Assembly (NCBI RefSeq): GCF_011386835.1
Contig: NC_088814.1
Location: forward strand, 806,001-870,000
Source of the DNA: Chrysemys picta bellii
Lineage: Eukaryota
Reading direction: 5' to 3'
Length of the DNA: 64,000 nt
Under the pieces are notes generated by a model. It was not told where the DNA came from. It worked only from the letters and a program-made list of their open reading frames with translations, and did not search any database. Shown here piece by piece: positions 51,407-62,856 of the stretch. The position numbers and the translations under genes are program-made. Positions within the stretch are counted from its first letter, which is position 1. Each line of letters opens with the position of its first letter.

Positions 51407-52149
51407 AGTTGTGTTACGAGAATGATGTGTGCACGCGCAGAGCCCTGACGACCAAGCTCTGACCTCAAACCGGGTCCTGTGGCTCCGGGATATGCCAGGG
51501 AGGTTGGGTGGGGAGAGGAGCAGGGAGTGTCCGGTGTATTTGGGCAGGGGGCTGACGCCCTCTGTTTCTCACTGGCCTGGCCATGATGTTGCAAACTTTC
51601 CCCAGATAAACGGTACAACTAGCTTCGTTAACTGGACGCTTCCTGGCGCTGACATTCTTGGGCCAGGGCTGGGGACCACGCTGCCAGGCAGAGCTCCTTT
51701 GCCATCCCTCATGGTCCAGCCTCCAGCAAACCCAGGGAACATTGTGCTGTAAGCCATGATCCTTGGCTTTTGCCTCCTTTGCCATTGGTGGCCAGTACCA
51801 CCCTTGAAAAGCAACAGGCGGTGACTGCAGCGTGAGCGGGTTTATTCCGGGTTACTGGGACCAGTACAAACACCCCTTTACCTGTACTCGGGACAGAATA
51901 TGGGAAGAGGGAAGTTAATCCCAGTAGGGGCCTGGGCTCTGACAATTGCTAACCGTTACAGAGAAAAACGCCGAGGTAGCTCACAGGAGTCCCTAGTCAG
52001 GATCCTGTATGCGCTGCCCTCCAGATGAGGGACACGCCTGCAGGAGCCCGAGTGATAGATGTAGGATGTTGCATCATCATTCATGTTGGCCAAGCAGTTT
52101 TCACTTTAACCAGGGCAACAGGAAACCTCGGGGGGTGAGGGGGATGCAA

Positions 52150-52342
52150 TGTTATGGCAGGAATCAAAGGTGAGACTGGCTCATGCTGGTCTCTGTCACC
52201 CTGCCTCGCAGAGCTGGGACCAGATGGGGAAGTGGGTGAAGAAGGGTGATATTGGCAGTCAAGAGGAACCAGTCCTGGGAGTTCTGGAGGAAGCGATCGC
52301 CTGGATCCCTGCCTCGTGCAGGACATTCATGCCGGCCTCCAT
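52150..52342 (-). pseudogene. Relic exon 1 of a G6PC1 gene
   Basis: The minus strand translates, across two frameshifts, as MEAGMNVLHEAGIQA / RFLQNSQDWFLL / FFTHFPIWSQLCEA. It shares accagatggggaag and aagaggaaccagtcctgg with exon 1 of the intact gene. The first frame stops after 27 codons and exons 2-5 were not found. Confidence 0.88.
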
Positions 52343-52387
52343 TCTTTGCTGATGCTCTGAAGCCACTGCAGGTGCTGGAGGGTTTAA

Positions 52388-52545
52388 CCTGTTTATGCTG
52401 GTGCTGCTGGACTGTGCTGGTTAACACACAGCGTGGGGTCCGGCCTGGCTGCACATGTTATCACTGACCTCTGAACTCAGCAGCCACCTCTGCCAACCTG
52501 GCGCTGACCCAGTTACAAACCTGACGCAAGTGTTTGTCAAAATGT
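52388..52545 (-). promoter_or_regulatory. Retained proximal promoter of the G6PC1 relic
   Basis: TATA-like cataaa at about 52392-52397, perfect DR1 AGTTCA-G-AGGTCA at 52465-52477, tgacgcaa at 52522-52529, and forkhead-like tgtttg at 52531. Confidence 0.6.
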
Positions 52546-54128
52546 GGCCTGGCATTACCTTGAAACGATGAAGCAACATCTTGCACCATACAGACAAACA
52601 GGGATTGCAGCGCTCGTGCTTCTGCCAGGGTGGTCACTAGCCGCTCGGTGATCCCTTGGATTCACAAAGGACATGTAACCCTTTGCTCACTTCAGGTACA
52701 TGTAGTCTAAGGATCTGTTCAGCTGGCAGGCAGATTGGAGAATACCGGCATTTGGAGTGTTAATCTGGCAGCTAGGTCTTGGGGACATCTCTGCACAGAA
52801 GGAGTCTGCATCCCTCCTGCTGGCCTTGAGTTTCATCTTTATTTATGCGCCTGCAGTGACGCAGTGTCTCTCCAACAGCAGCCTACATTTCTAATTCCTG
52901 GTCACAGCAATGCAGGTAACGTCTCAGCAGAGACCAAATTTCAGCCTGTTGTGTGACATCGGCGCTGCTAGCAAACCAGCCAGGTGGGTTTGTTACGATT
53001 CTGAAGGCTGGGATTACTCACTGCATTGCACAGCAGAGGTAGCAAGAATTAGGGCTGGGCCTGGCAGTGAGTGGGATCTGGGTTTCTAACACACTTAGGA
53101 AAATTGCAGCTGGAATCTCATGTCTGAGAGATACCCAACTGCTCCCAGGGGAGTGGTGGGGGCTCACGGCTCTCCAGCATCCCTCGCTTGTGGGCAGGAA
53201 ATGAGCGGTGCTCCCTCCTGTTCTTGCTGTTCTGTGCACGCTCTACGCACCTCGCTCTGATTAGTGAAAGTTACTGATAACCGGTCAGGAGCCACTCTGA
53301 GGCTGTTCATGCATGAGGCTGAATCCTGTGCCAGTTCCGATTTCCTGCATGGATTTGTGTCCCTGTCCCCCGCAGTATGGGGTTTTTGTCCTATGCTTGG
53401 TCTGTGGTGATGGGGCTGGAGGGAGGGAGGGTGGTGATGGAAGCCTGAAGCCTTGTGTGAGCATAAAGCTAATGAGAACCAAGATCTATGGGATCTGTCA
53501 GCGTGGTCAAATACCCAGGCTATCTGGCCACACTGCATGCAGGCAAGCAGCTCCTGGAATGGACATTCAGCTTTCAAACCCAAATGCCTTAAGTCAACCT
53601 CCCCACCCCATACATATCTTGCTGCTGGAACTTCCCCTGCCACTGAACACATAGCTAATTCCAGGCATCGGCCCTGACTCCTGATCTGAGCCACGGGCGC
53701 AGAGATCTTCCCCGTGCCAGGGAGCGTGGCCAGAATGGAGTGGTTTCTCGCTCTCCCCGGTCAAGGCCCTGCCCCTGCACAGAGCGATCGGTAGGACACC
53801 AGGTGCGCTGTATTGGGCCCATGGTAGGAAGCGGGAGACAGACCACCATTGCTCTGGGCCTGAAATGGAAACCTGAGCTCTGCAAGCGGAGAAGCTGAAC
53901 TTTGGCCTTGTTCATGCTTGGTGTCAGTCACTAGGAGGATGCCTGGAACGGGGAAAGCCGGGCCGGGCCGGGGCACACACTGCGACAACCCCCTACAGCA
54001 GGGCTCTGTGTTGTGCAGCTACGCCAGCATTCACCTCGACAGAACTCCCAAGTGCAGAATAGGGGCCTGAGGCTGCTCCTCCCACAGCCATGGCCCTGCT
54101 GCTGCCCCTCACTTCCTGCCTTCTAGAC

Positions 54129-54529
54129 CAGTGGTTCTCAACCTTTCCAGAGCCCTGTACCCCTTCCAGGAGTCTGATTTGTCTGGTGTACCCCAAAGTT
54201 CCACCTCACTTAAAAACGACTTGCTTACAAAATCAGACATCAAAACACAAAAGTGTCACAGCACACGAGTACTGAACAATGGCTGACTTCCTCATGTTTC
54301 CCATATATAATAAATCAAGTGGAATATGAAGAGTGCACGTACATGTCAGTGTATAGTCTATAGAGCAGTATAAATAAGTCGTCGTAGGAAATTTTAGTGT
54401 GTACTGACTTTGCTAGTGCTTGTTATGTAGCCTGTTGTAAAATTAGGCAAATCTCTAGATGAGTTGATGTTCCCCCGGAAGAGCTCTGTGTACCCCCAGG
54501 ATGTGTGCGCCCCTGGTTGAGAACCACTG
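54129..54529. mobile_element. hAT/Charlie-type MITE
   Basis: TIRs cagtggttctcaacc / ggttgagaaccactg. TSD ttctagac / ttctagaa. Confidence 0.9.
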
Positions 54530-55511
54530 TTCTAGAATGCTCCCCTCAGCCAGACAGGGACTGGATAACTGCCCTGGTCTGTTCATTCCCCCGCAGCATC
54601 CGGCTTCGGCCCCGTCAGAGACAGGACATGGGGCTAGATGGTCTGGCCCTTTGTGTGACGCTCTCTTGGAGAGCTCTGGGTCCCTGTATCTCTGGAGGGC
54701 CCACAGGGGCAATGAGCAGAGGTTGCCCCATCAGTAAGATGGCCTGAGGGTGGGAAAGGCTGAGTGGAATTTACTAATTTTATTGCCAAAGGCATTTCAC
54801 AGCTAGCGCCTGTCCCTCGGCCTGGGGCCCATGGGTGCCGCCCAGCTGTAACAGCCTGGTAACACGCAGACACACCCACGCCTACGGCACTCCTTGCAAC
54901 CTCAGCACAGCTTTCCCGCGCTGGGAGCCCATGGACACGCCATCCCTGCTCTGCTGGGGCCGAGTTGATTGACAGCACTGCTGTTCAGTGTGGCCATAGC
55001 CAAACGCATTAGCCCAGAGGGGACTGAGCCATAAGATGGGTAGGTGCCGACTGTTCCCCGCTCTGGAGAGCGTTTGGTACGTTGTAGTGTAAGAGGCTGA
55101 CAAGGTGGCCGAGAGCCGAATTCTGTGTGGGACATCTCCCCCTCAGCTGTGGCTATACCCTCGGCTGGGACAGCGTTCCTGACCGCCCCGTTATCTACTC
55201 ACACTGCCTAGAGCAGAGGTTACCATGGGCTGGGCCAGGGGCTGTGGCCGAACGAGGACCCCATTACATTTCACCCTGTGCAGCACTGAGGTGTGTGATA
55301 GTCACTCACTTCCTTTCCCACACAGGAGACAGTGAACTTCCCCTTCAACTTCACGGCACTGAGCCGATCACGTAACCCAGAGCTGTGAGGTCTGTGGTGC
55401 CGGGAGACCTGTTACTGCAGTGGGAAAGGGAAGGGGGAGCCCTGCAGAGCACATTCCCCTGCCCCGAAGAGCAGCCTGGCTTGGCAGCTACGACGCAAGT
55501 TTGCAGGTCAG

Positions 55512-58500
55512 CTACAGGATCTTCTTGTCACCCCTCCTGAGCACCTGGGCAATGCAGTAGGGGATGAGTGCCACCGCACATAGGTGGGCAGCGGCGCTCT
55601 TGCAGAAGGACAGGACGTAGAACAGTAGCTCTCGGTCTGTGGGGAGGTCGAAGGAGTCGAAGAGGTGCAGGACGAGGAGCGAGGCCGCGATACAGCTCAG
55701 GCGGAAGGGCAGCTGCTGGCCCATCTTCCCTTTGCAGCTCTCCAGGTACATCTGGGAGTTGAGGGCCAGCCCCAGCCCAAACAGGATGCCCAGGTTTCTG
55801 AGGAGGCCGGCGAAGGGGGTGGTTTCAATGTGGACCCACTCCGGCCGGTCACACCACCTCTTGGCTTTCTCCATGGTCCACAGCAGGTCAACACCGAGAG
55901 CCTTCAGCAGCAGGTAGAACCCCAGGGCGAAGCTGAACAGGAAGAGGGTGGTGCCCAGGTACCGCCGGAGACTGGCGTTGTAGATGGAGTGGATGTGGTC
56001 AAATGCTTCTGCTACTACCATCCCTAGGGGCAGAACAGTCTCTGTAGGTACGTCTACACTGCAGTTAGTGTCGTGTAGTGTATAGACGTTTGGGCCGGGG
56101 CTGGGGCCCATGTTCTAGGGTCCTGCGTGGTGCGAGGATCCCAGAGCTCAGACTGCAGCTGGAGCCCAAACGTCTACACTGCAACTAAACAGCCCCTTAG
56201 CCCGAGCCCCACGAACCGGAGTCAGCTGTCCCGGGCCAGCCACAGGTGTCTCACTGTAGTGTGGACGTACCCTCACTGAGCAGCAAACAGGCCTAGCTGC
56301 AAAATGTACTGGGTGGGCTCGGTGTAGAGAGGCCTTGGGGAAGGAGCAGGAACCAGCTCCCGGTACCAGGTGCTAGGCACATGTAGTGACAGCCCCAGGT
56401 CACCCAAAGTGACTACTAACAATGGGGTGTGCAGAGAACTGGGACCCTCCCTCCAGTGCACTGGGCACCAGGCGCCTGCTGGTTAGCATGTGACCCTGGC
56501 GTGCGCTCGCTCGCTCGCTCTCTAAAGCACCATGCAAAGCAGTGACATCATGTCAGCACTGACTGATGGCATTAGCCGTGCAAGGGGAGGCCGAGCCCAC
56601 TAGGCCATGGGTTTGCTTCTCCACACTGCCGACGTGGGTACCTGGGGAAAGACGATCACTTTGCCATCGTATTTTGAGTACATGGTGCTCCCAGAGCTGA
56701 GGAGGTACGTCTCCTCCAAGCAGGAGCAAGGCTATCTAGGGCTCAGATCGCCTCTCTGGTCACTGGGCCCTGGAGAGCTGGCGGGTGCTGTGACGGGGGA
56801 GGCAGCCTTGACACTCACCTGAGATGACCCCTGCGATCACCTGATGGGGGAAGTGAGCAGCTAGGAAGACTCGGGACAAGCAGACGCAGACCTGCACGGC
56901 CCAGAACGCAAGCCACAGGAGGCCGCGGAGGCACCTGCAAAGAGACAGCCAGCCAGGAAGGTCGTGGGCGCACAGGGCAAAAGCACTTTAATAAAGCCAC
57001 AAGCGGCCTGTGAATGACGGGAGCCTGCGCGCTGGCTGACTGGCTCCTCTCTAGCTACCACGCAGGAGCAACCGCGCCAGCACAAGTGCCCGTCTCGCTA
57101 GCTAGACAATGAGACCAAGTCTATGGCCTACATGTGTCTGCCACGAGGCCCAGACATAGGAGCTGGGACTGCGGGGACTGGGGTGTGGCAGCACCCCCTG
57201 GCTTGAAAGGGTTTCCTTCCGTTATATCCAGGGTAAGTAGTTTGGGGAAATGGCTCTCAGCCCCCCCACTATACAAACTGTTCCAGCACCCCTGGCCAGA
57301 TGTTAGGGCAACCGAACCAGCGAGCGAAGGCCTTTCCCATGCCTGGTGCCTCCTGCCAGCTGCAGCGCTCAAGCGAAAGGGGCTTTGCCCGGGGCTGGCT
57401 GATTGGACCCACGCAGATCTGCTGCCAGCTGAGAGTCCCCTCCCCTGTGCTGGGCTTGGCTCAGATCCCACAGATGCTGATGCCAGTTGCTGGGCAGTAA
57501 CTCGGTGTGATGCAGCAATGGGCGCCGCTGATCCGGGTGCAAAAAGCCCCAGGATATTTCCTTTCGCTCCAGCTCTTGGGGGCTTCGCACGTCCCACTTC
57601 TCATGTATCTCCCGGGCCCAGACATAACACGGGGCAGGAATTCATGCTGACCGGGAAGGGGGGGCATTTACCCACAATTCCATTAGTCATCCTCCATTTT
57701 GCCTTGTCACCCGTGGGACCCTCCTCAGCAGGGTGAAACGATCCCCTCCCCAGGGCGGCAGCAGCAGGTGGAACCGGCTCACTCGGCCCACTCACCCAAA
57801 CGGATTGTGGGTGGGGGCCCCTGCAGAGCACCCCCCTTGTGGCCTGGGATGGCCCCGCCAGCTCGGCTCCCTCTGGGTTCTCCGTACTGACACCCAGACC
57901 CCAGGAGTGAGCGCAAGAGCCCCTGTTGTGCAGCCTGATTTCTTACCTCTCTCCGAAAGTGCTAAGCTTTTCTTTAGGCCTGCGAGTCCAGCCCTCCTGC
58001 CCCCTCAGGCCTCCCACCGCCTCCTCTTCAGAGCTGGGCTGATCCGGGCTAGTTACCGCCTTCAAGCTGCTTCCCCCAGCTGGCCCCTCTGCACTTAGTC
58101 CTTTCACCCCTGGGCTGGGAGACGGCAGCAGGCAGGCTCCTCACCTTGCTGGTGTCTCCCCTGTGATGAGGGAGGAGGCAGCACCCTCCTTCCCAGGGCT
58201 CCTCCCAGCTGGCTGGGAGAAGGGACCCGTCCCATCCTCGCTACCAGGCTCTGGTCCTGGGCTCATAAAGAAACAATAGCCTGGGTTTCCCCCAAGCACT
58301 GACTGTTCCTCCAGGACGAACCATCTCCCTTTCTCCCAAGTCCCAACACCTGCTGATGCCCTTCCCTTTGTCCTCCTCTGCTCCCAAAGTCCCAGGAACC
58401 CTAAAGGGACACACTATGGAGCAGACTGACCCCTATTCCCCTTAAGGGGACAGTCACCCTGTTATAGGTATCAAGTCATGGGCAGTAAAAACCTGTCCTG

Positions 58501-59510
58501 TTCTGACTAACACAGAGCCAGGCCCAAGCCACGGGCCACGAGAAGGCCCTCAGGCCACAAGGCCCTGCTCACCTGGCTGCACAGGATCTGTGCTGGGTGC
58601 CCTGGACGCAGGGCAGCAGGGCCGTCACCATGACGTAGTAGACTCCAGCAGAACCCATGGCGTGGCCTGAGGGGCTTCCTGTGGAGAAGACCCAGTCCCG
58701 ATCAGTTAGAAGGGAGAGAAGCCAGGGAGGAAGTTGCAGTGAATCTGAGGGGTTTAATAGCGGGAACCTCACCTGGGCCGGTCTCACAGGTGAGAGGGAA
58801 CTGCTGGATCACAGGGGTGGAGGCGTTGCCATAGTAACCGGTCTCATGGACCCACCAGTAGGGTCTCTGCCCAAAGAGGATCCTGTAGTGAAAGGAGAAA
58901 GTGACAATGGCAGTGCGGGGCCTGGGGCATGTCACGTACCCTGCAGCGCGGATTCCCGGGGGCGGTGGAGCCCTGGCTGCCCTACGCTGAGGGCTGTCGG
59001 GAGGACTCTGTGGGGGCAAAGCGCTGGCTCCATAACTATCATGATTTACTCTTCTTGCCTTTTCAGCTCACTTATTAATTCAGCACCGGCCTCTGCTTTA
59101 CCAGCGGTAAAGTGACTTGCTCAGAGTCACAGAGCTAGTCAGTGGCAGAGCCCAAGTGTCTTGACTCCCAACCCTGTTCCTCAATCCCAAACCCAGCCTT
59201 CCTCTCAGAGAGGCTACTTCAGACCCTGGGAGGGGTTGGAAACAGCCCCAAACTGCAGCACTCCACAGCTGCTTCTCAGAATCCGCACTCACCACTTAAA
59301 GACCAGGTTGAGCCAGTCCCCGATCACGGCCACCCAGATCAGCTTGACGCCCACCGCCTTGCAGAGGTGGAACCAGATGGGGAAGAAGATGAAGAAGGTG
59401 GTTTTAAGGTCGGCAGCGAAGGAGATGAAGAGGAACCAGTCCTGGAAGCCCTGGTAGTTCTCCTGCAGGTACTGCACCACCTGCACCCCAGCACTGTGAA
59501 GCAGGTCCAT
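55512..59510 (-). CDS. G6PC1: Glucose-6-phosphatase catalytic subunit, G6PC1-type (copy A), 353 aa; orthology among tandem copies unresolved
   Basis: Exons 59510-59293, 58882-58773, 58678-58573, 56934-56819 and 56023-55512 total 1062 nt. PAP2 motifs KWILFGQRP, PSGH and SRVFLAAH are intact, an NAS sequon is present, and the C-terminus is KKIL. Confidence 0.95.
56046..56272. mobile_element. GTCTACACT-ended MITE 21 nt from the last acceptor of G6PC copy A
   Basis: TIRs ggtacgtctacactgcag / ctgtagtgtggacgtacc. Confidence 0.85.
59085..59190 (+). mobile_element. MIR/CORE-SINE fragment
   Basis: aagtgacttgctcagagtcacagagctagtcagtggcagagc. Confidence 0.7.
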
Positions 59511-59578
59511 TATGGCTCCTGGTTGTGTCTCTTTGGATCCCGTTGTTTGCACTGACAGCTTTGTGAAGCCTGCTGCTT

Positions 59579-59623
59579 CTTATACCCTGCCAGCCTTAAC
59601 TCTTTTATGACATATGCAATGAT
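59579..59623 (-). promoter_or_regulatory. G6PC copy A promoter: TATA-like and HNF4-like site
   Basis: TATAAG at 59579-59584. aggatcaaagatca (CAAAG core) at 59610-59623. Confidence 0.5.
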
Positions 59624-62344
59624 CTTTGATCCTGAGCCACCCCAGCCAAAAACTATTGACAGAGCCAGAAATCTGGAGCAAACTGCCTGTACCCTCATCC
59701 CCAGGAATCAATATCCCTCATTTCAGAATTTCCCTCTGGTTACTCCTGGGCGTGTGGGTGTCACTAGGGGAAAGGGCTGAAAGTTGGGGAGTAAGGCAGA
59801 GAATTGCACAAAGGCTACAACGAGCTAATTTGGTGTCACTGTTTTAAAAACAAAGACAGGTTTGGTTGGATGTTAACCTGCCTCTCCAGGAGAATGATGG
59901 GCTAGAAAACAGACACCAGTAGGGCATGAATCTGTCCCATTTCTCTGAAATCTGTTACTGATTGTTCAGACTAAATGCATTTTAAGGGTCAAATCCTCAA
60001 CTGGAATAACTGGGCATAGCTCCGTCAACTGCAATGGAGTTACGCTGAGCACCCTAAAGCTGTAGGTTGAGCTTTGGGTAAAGCAGGTTGTTTTACTTGT
60101 ATTTATTCATTTGTTTGACAGGTCAAATGCAGATTTCCCATGGTTAGAAATGCAGCTGTGCCCTGCTTTACCCCTTAGACCTTCTCCAGATCGAGATGCG
60201 TCAGCTGGTAGCGCTCACACCTCTGGGCTGAGGGAGGTGGCTGAGTTCAAGTCCAGTTTATTGTTGCTGCAAAGGTGAGACCAAACCCTGGTCTCTTACA
60301 GTCCCAGTTTGCACAGAAAATGTGCCTCCCACAGAAGGTGTCTACATGAGGCAGAAGATACATACTGGGCCAACTTCTGATCTCAGTTATGACTCCACTG
60401 AAGCTATGTGTTTGCTCTGGATTTGCCCGGAGTGTAACTGAGATCACCAGCTGGCTGAAAGTTTACATCCAGGGTTGCTCTGGGAAGTGTGTCATGTAGT
60501 GCTAGGATTCCCAGTGCAGGACATGTGTGCACATGTGTGCAGCCCAGTGTCCACTGAGAAAGAAGTGAATGATCCAAGTGTAACTCCGTCCCTGTCTCCC
60601 TTCTTTGCTTGTCCCTAGTTGGGAGGCAGCTGATACTGATCTTTGTTGAGCACCCAGAATATTCCTGGCTGTACAGATGTGTGCTCCATTGAGATGAGGG
60701 AACACAACATGCACCAAAAACACAGAAATGTCTTCTCCAGCTGCACTTTTTCTACTAGGGCAGGCCAGATGCTTGTGATCCCAGCTGCGGAAACATTAGG
60801 CCTCAGTAGGTGATTTGTGGAAGGATCTGTGTCAAGGCACGAGGCAAAAGAGTACATGTTTGATGGTAAAAAGCCGAGGAAAAAGGAATCTCCCAAACAA
60901 TGTGATTCTTGAGCTATATTTAATCCCCAAAACCATGTGGGAAATACAGAAACTAACAACCCGGGAAGAAAACCCCCAACCCATCCACGGGGAAAGAAGG
61001 AGCCGATGTAAACAAGCAAGACAGCAACGGCCCATGGCACACTCAGGATTTCCACACCGGTCCCTGCAGTGGTTACCAGCAAACAGGAAAACAGCTCAAT
61101 AGGTGGCGGTGAGGGGCAGTTTGTGACGCAGCAGGATCAGAGTGGGGGTCAGGGCTGTGCATGCCATCGACTCGTGACACTTTGCTGGAGAAGTAACAGG
61201 AGATAACAGAGAAAATAAACATGTTCCCTCCCCTCCCATTCAGATCTCACTGTTCCACTTGTGCAGGGATCTTACCACTTAGTGTCTCTTTTCAAACTCT
61301 TAGGTCTGAGTAACTCAGGCAAAGAAACCTCAAGCCAGTAACAGATTGAAAAGAAACCATACATTGGTAAGTTCCCTGCTCTGGCAGGAACTTTCATCCC
61401 ACAAGTGATCAGGGCAGACCTGTGCCCAAGTGGGCAGGAGTTTTGTGATATGACCCTCAGGGTTGGTTATTTCCCAGCAGGTCTGGAATCTCGTGTGTCC
61501 CCTGGTGAGGGCAGGGAGACACTCATGAAACCTGGTATCAAGGGCTGCATGAAACAACTGCCAACACCCGCTGAGCGCTCCTAGGAAGCAAGCTACAGCT
61601 TGTATCTCAGGCAAAATCCAAATGTAAATATCTCACTCCAGGGTTACAGCACAAGCCCAGTGCATGCTGGGATACGGGGAGGGGGGTACTAGTTTCAGAA
61701 AGGTGACACACACGTTATTTGCACAGGTTGTAAGGGTCAGCTTCATCATGGTGCTACTCCAGGTTTATGCTGGTGTAAAAGCCTTGAGAACAAAGCCACA
61801 ATACTGGGACACCATGGTGACTGCGAAAGCCAATCGCCCTTCACTCACTGCACACGGAGTTAAGGCTTTGCGTAGGTCTGTGTCACATGTCTCAGCACCT
61901 CAGTGAGAGCCCCGGCTTGTACAGTTCCTACAATTCCCTTTTCTTTCTGCTTAGCGTATGGCAGAGCGGCATGTGTGCACAGCTGTGTGCATGGGGGTGC
62001 AAGGACCATGCCGGGGTCAGGACCACCTTCTACTGCATGAGCGGGGCCAAGGGTAAAAACCAAACCACGCTTCTTTTCTCAAACGCCCAGTGTAAAGCAA
62101 ACCCTCACCTCCAAAAACCCCTCCGCGCCAGGTTCACAGGACTCTCGCCTCACCCACCCGCGTCTCTCAGACAATTCTCCGTGTCTTTCAAGGTCATGTA
62201 GTTTGTGCAACTGGCACAGAAGAGCCAGCCTGTGCCACATTCAGGTTGCATTGGCTCTGTGACACAGCACCACAGAGCAGTCACAGGCCTGGCGGTCAGG
62301 GCTGGGAACTAGAGGCAGCCAGTCCCATGCAGCTCTGCTCACTC

Positions 62345-62856
62345 TCATAAAAGCTTTTCCTCCTGCCTCCTGATGAGCCGGGCGATACAGTAGGGGATGA
62401 GGCCGGCAGCAGCCACGGGCACGGCCGCGCTCTTGCAGAAGGACAGGACGTAAAACAGCAACTCCACCTTGGTGGGAGGCTTGAAGGAGTCGAAGAGGTG
62501 CAGGATGAGGAGCGAGGCCGCGATACAGCTGAGGCGGAAGGGCAGCTGCTGGCCCATCTTCCCTTTGCAGCTCTCCAGGTACATCTGGGAGTTGAGGGCC
62601 AGCCCCAGCCCAAATAGGATGCCCAGGTTCCTGAGGAGGCCGGCGAAGGGGGTGGTGTCAATGTGGACCCACTCCGGCCGGTCACACCACCTCTTGGCTT
62701 TCTCCAGGGTCCACAGCAGGTCAACACCGAGAGCCTTCAGCAGCAGGTAGAACCCCAGGGCGAAGCTGAACAGGACGAGGGTGGTGCCCAGGTACCGCCG
62801 GAGACTGGCGTTGTAGATGGAGGGGATGTGCCGGAAAGCTTCCGCCACAGCCATGC
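62345..62856 (-). CDS. Last coding exon of a second tandem G6PC1-type gene (copy B); upstream exons lie beyond the window
   Basis: Acceptor cccttatcag| at 62856. The exon is 512 nt, the same length and phase as copy A exon 5, and open to TGA. It reads GMAVAEAF...SFCKSAAVP...RRQEEKLL*. Confidence 0.88.

Noticed and set aside
51900-51960. Possible exon-2 remnant of the G6PC relic (aggcccctactgg, RPYW-like)
   Set aside because: The match is too short to distinguish from chance without an alignment.
60615-61082. Hydrophobic 155-aa ORF between the G6PC copies
   Set aside because: It has no G6PC/PAP2 motifs or clear splice context, and probably lies in the copy B 3' UTR.
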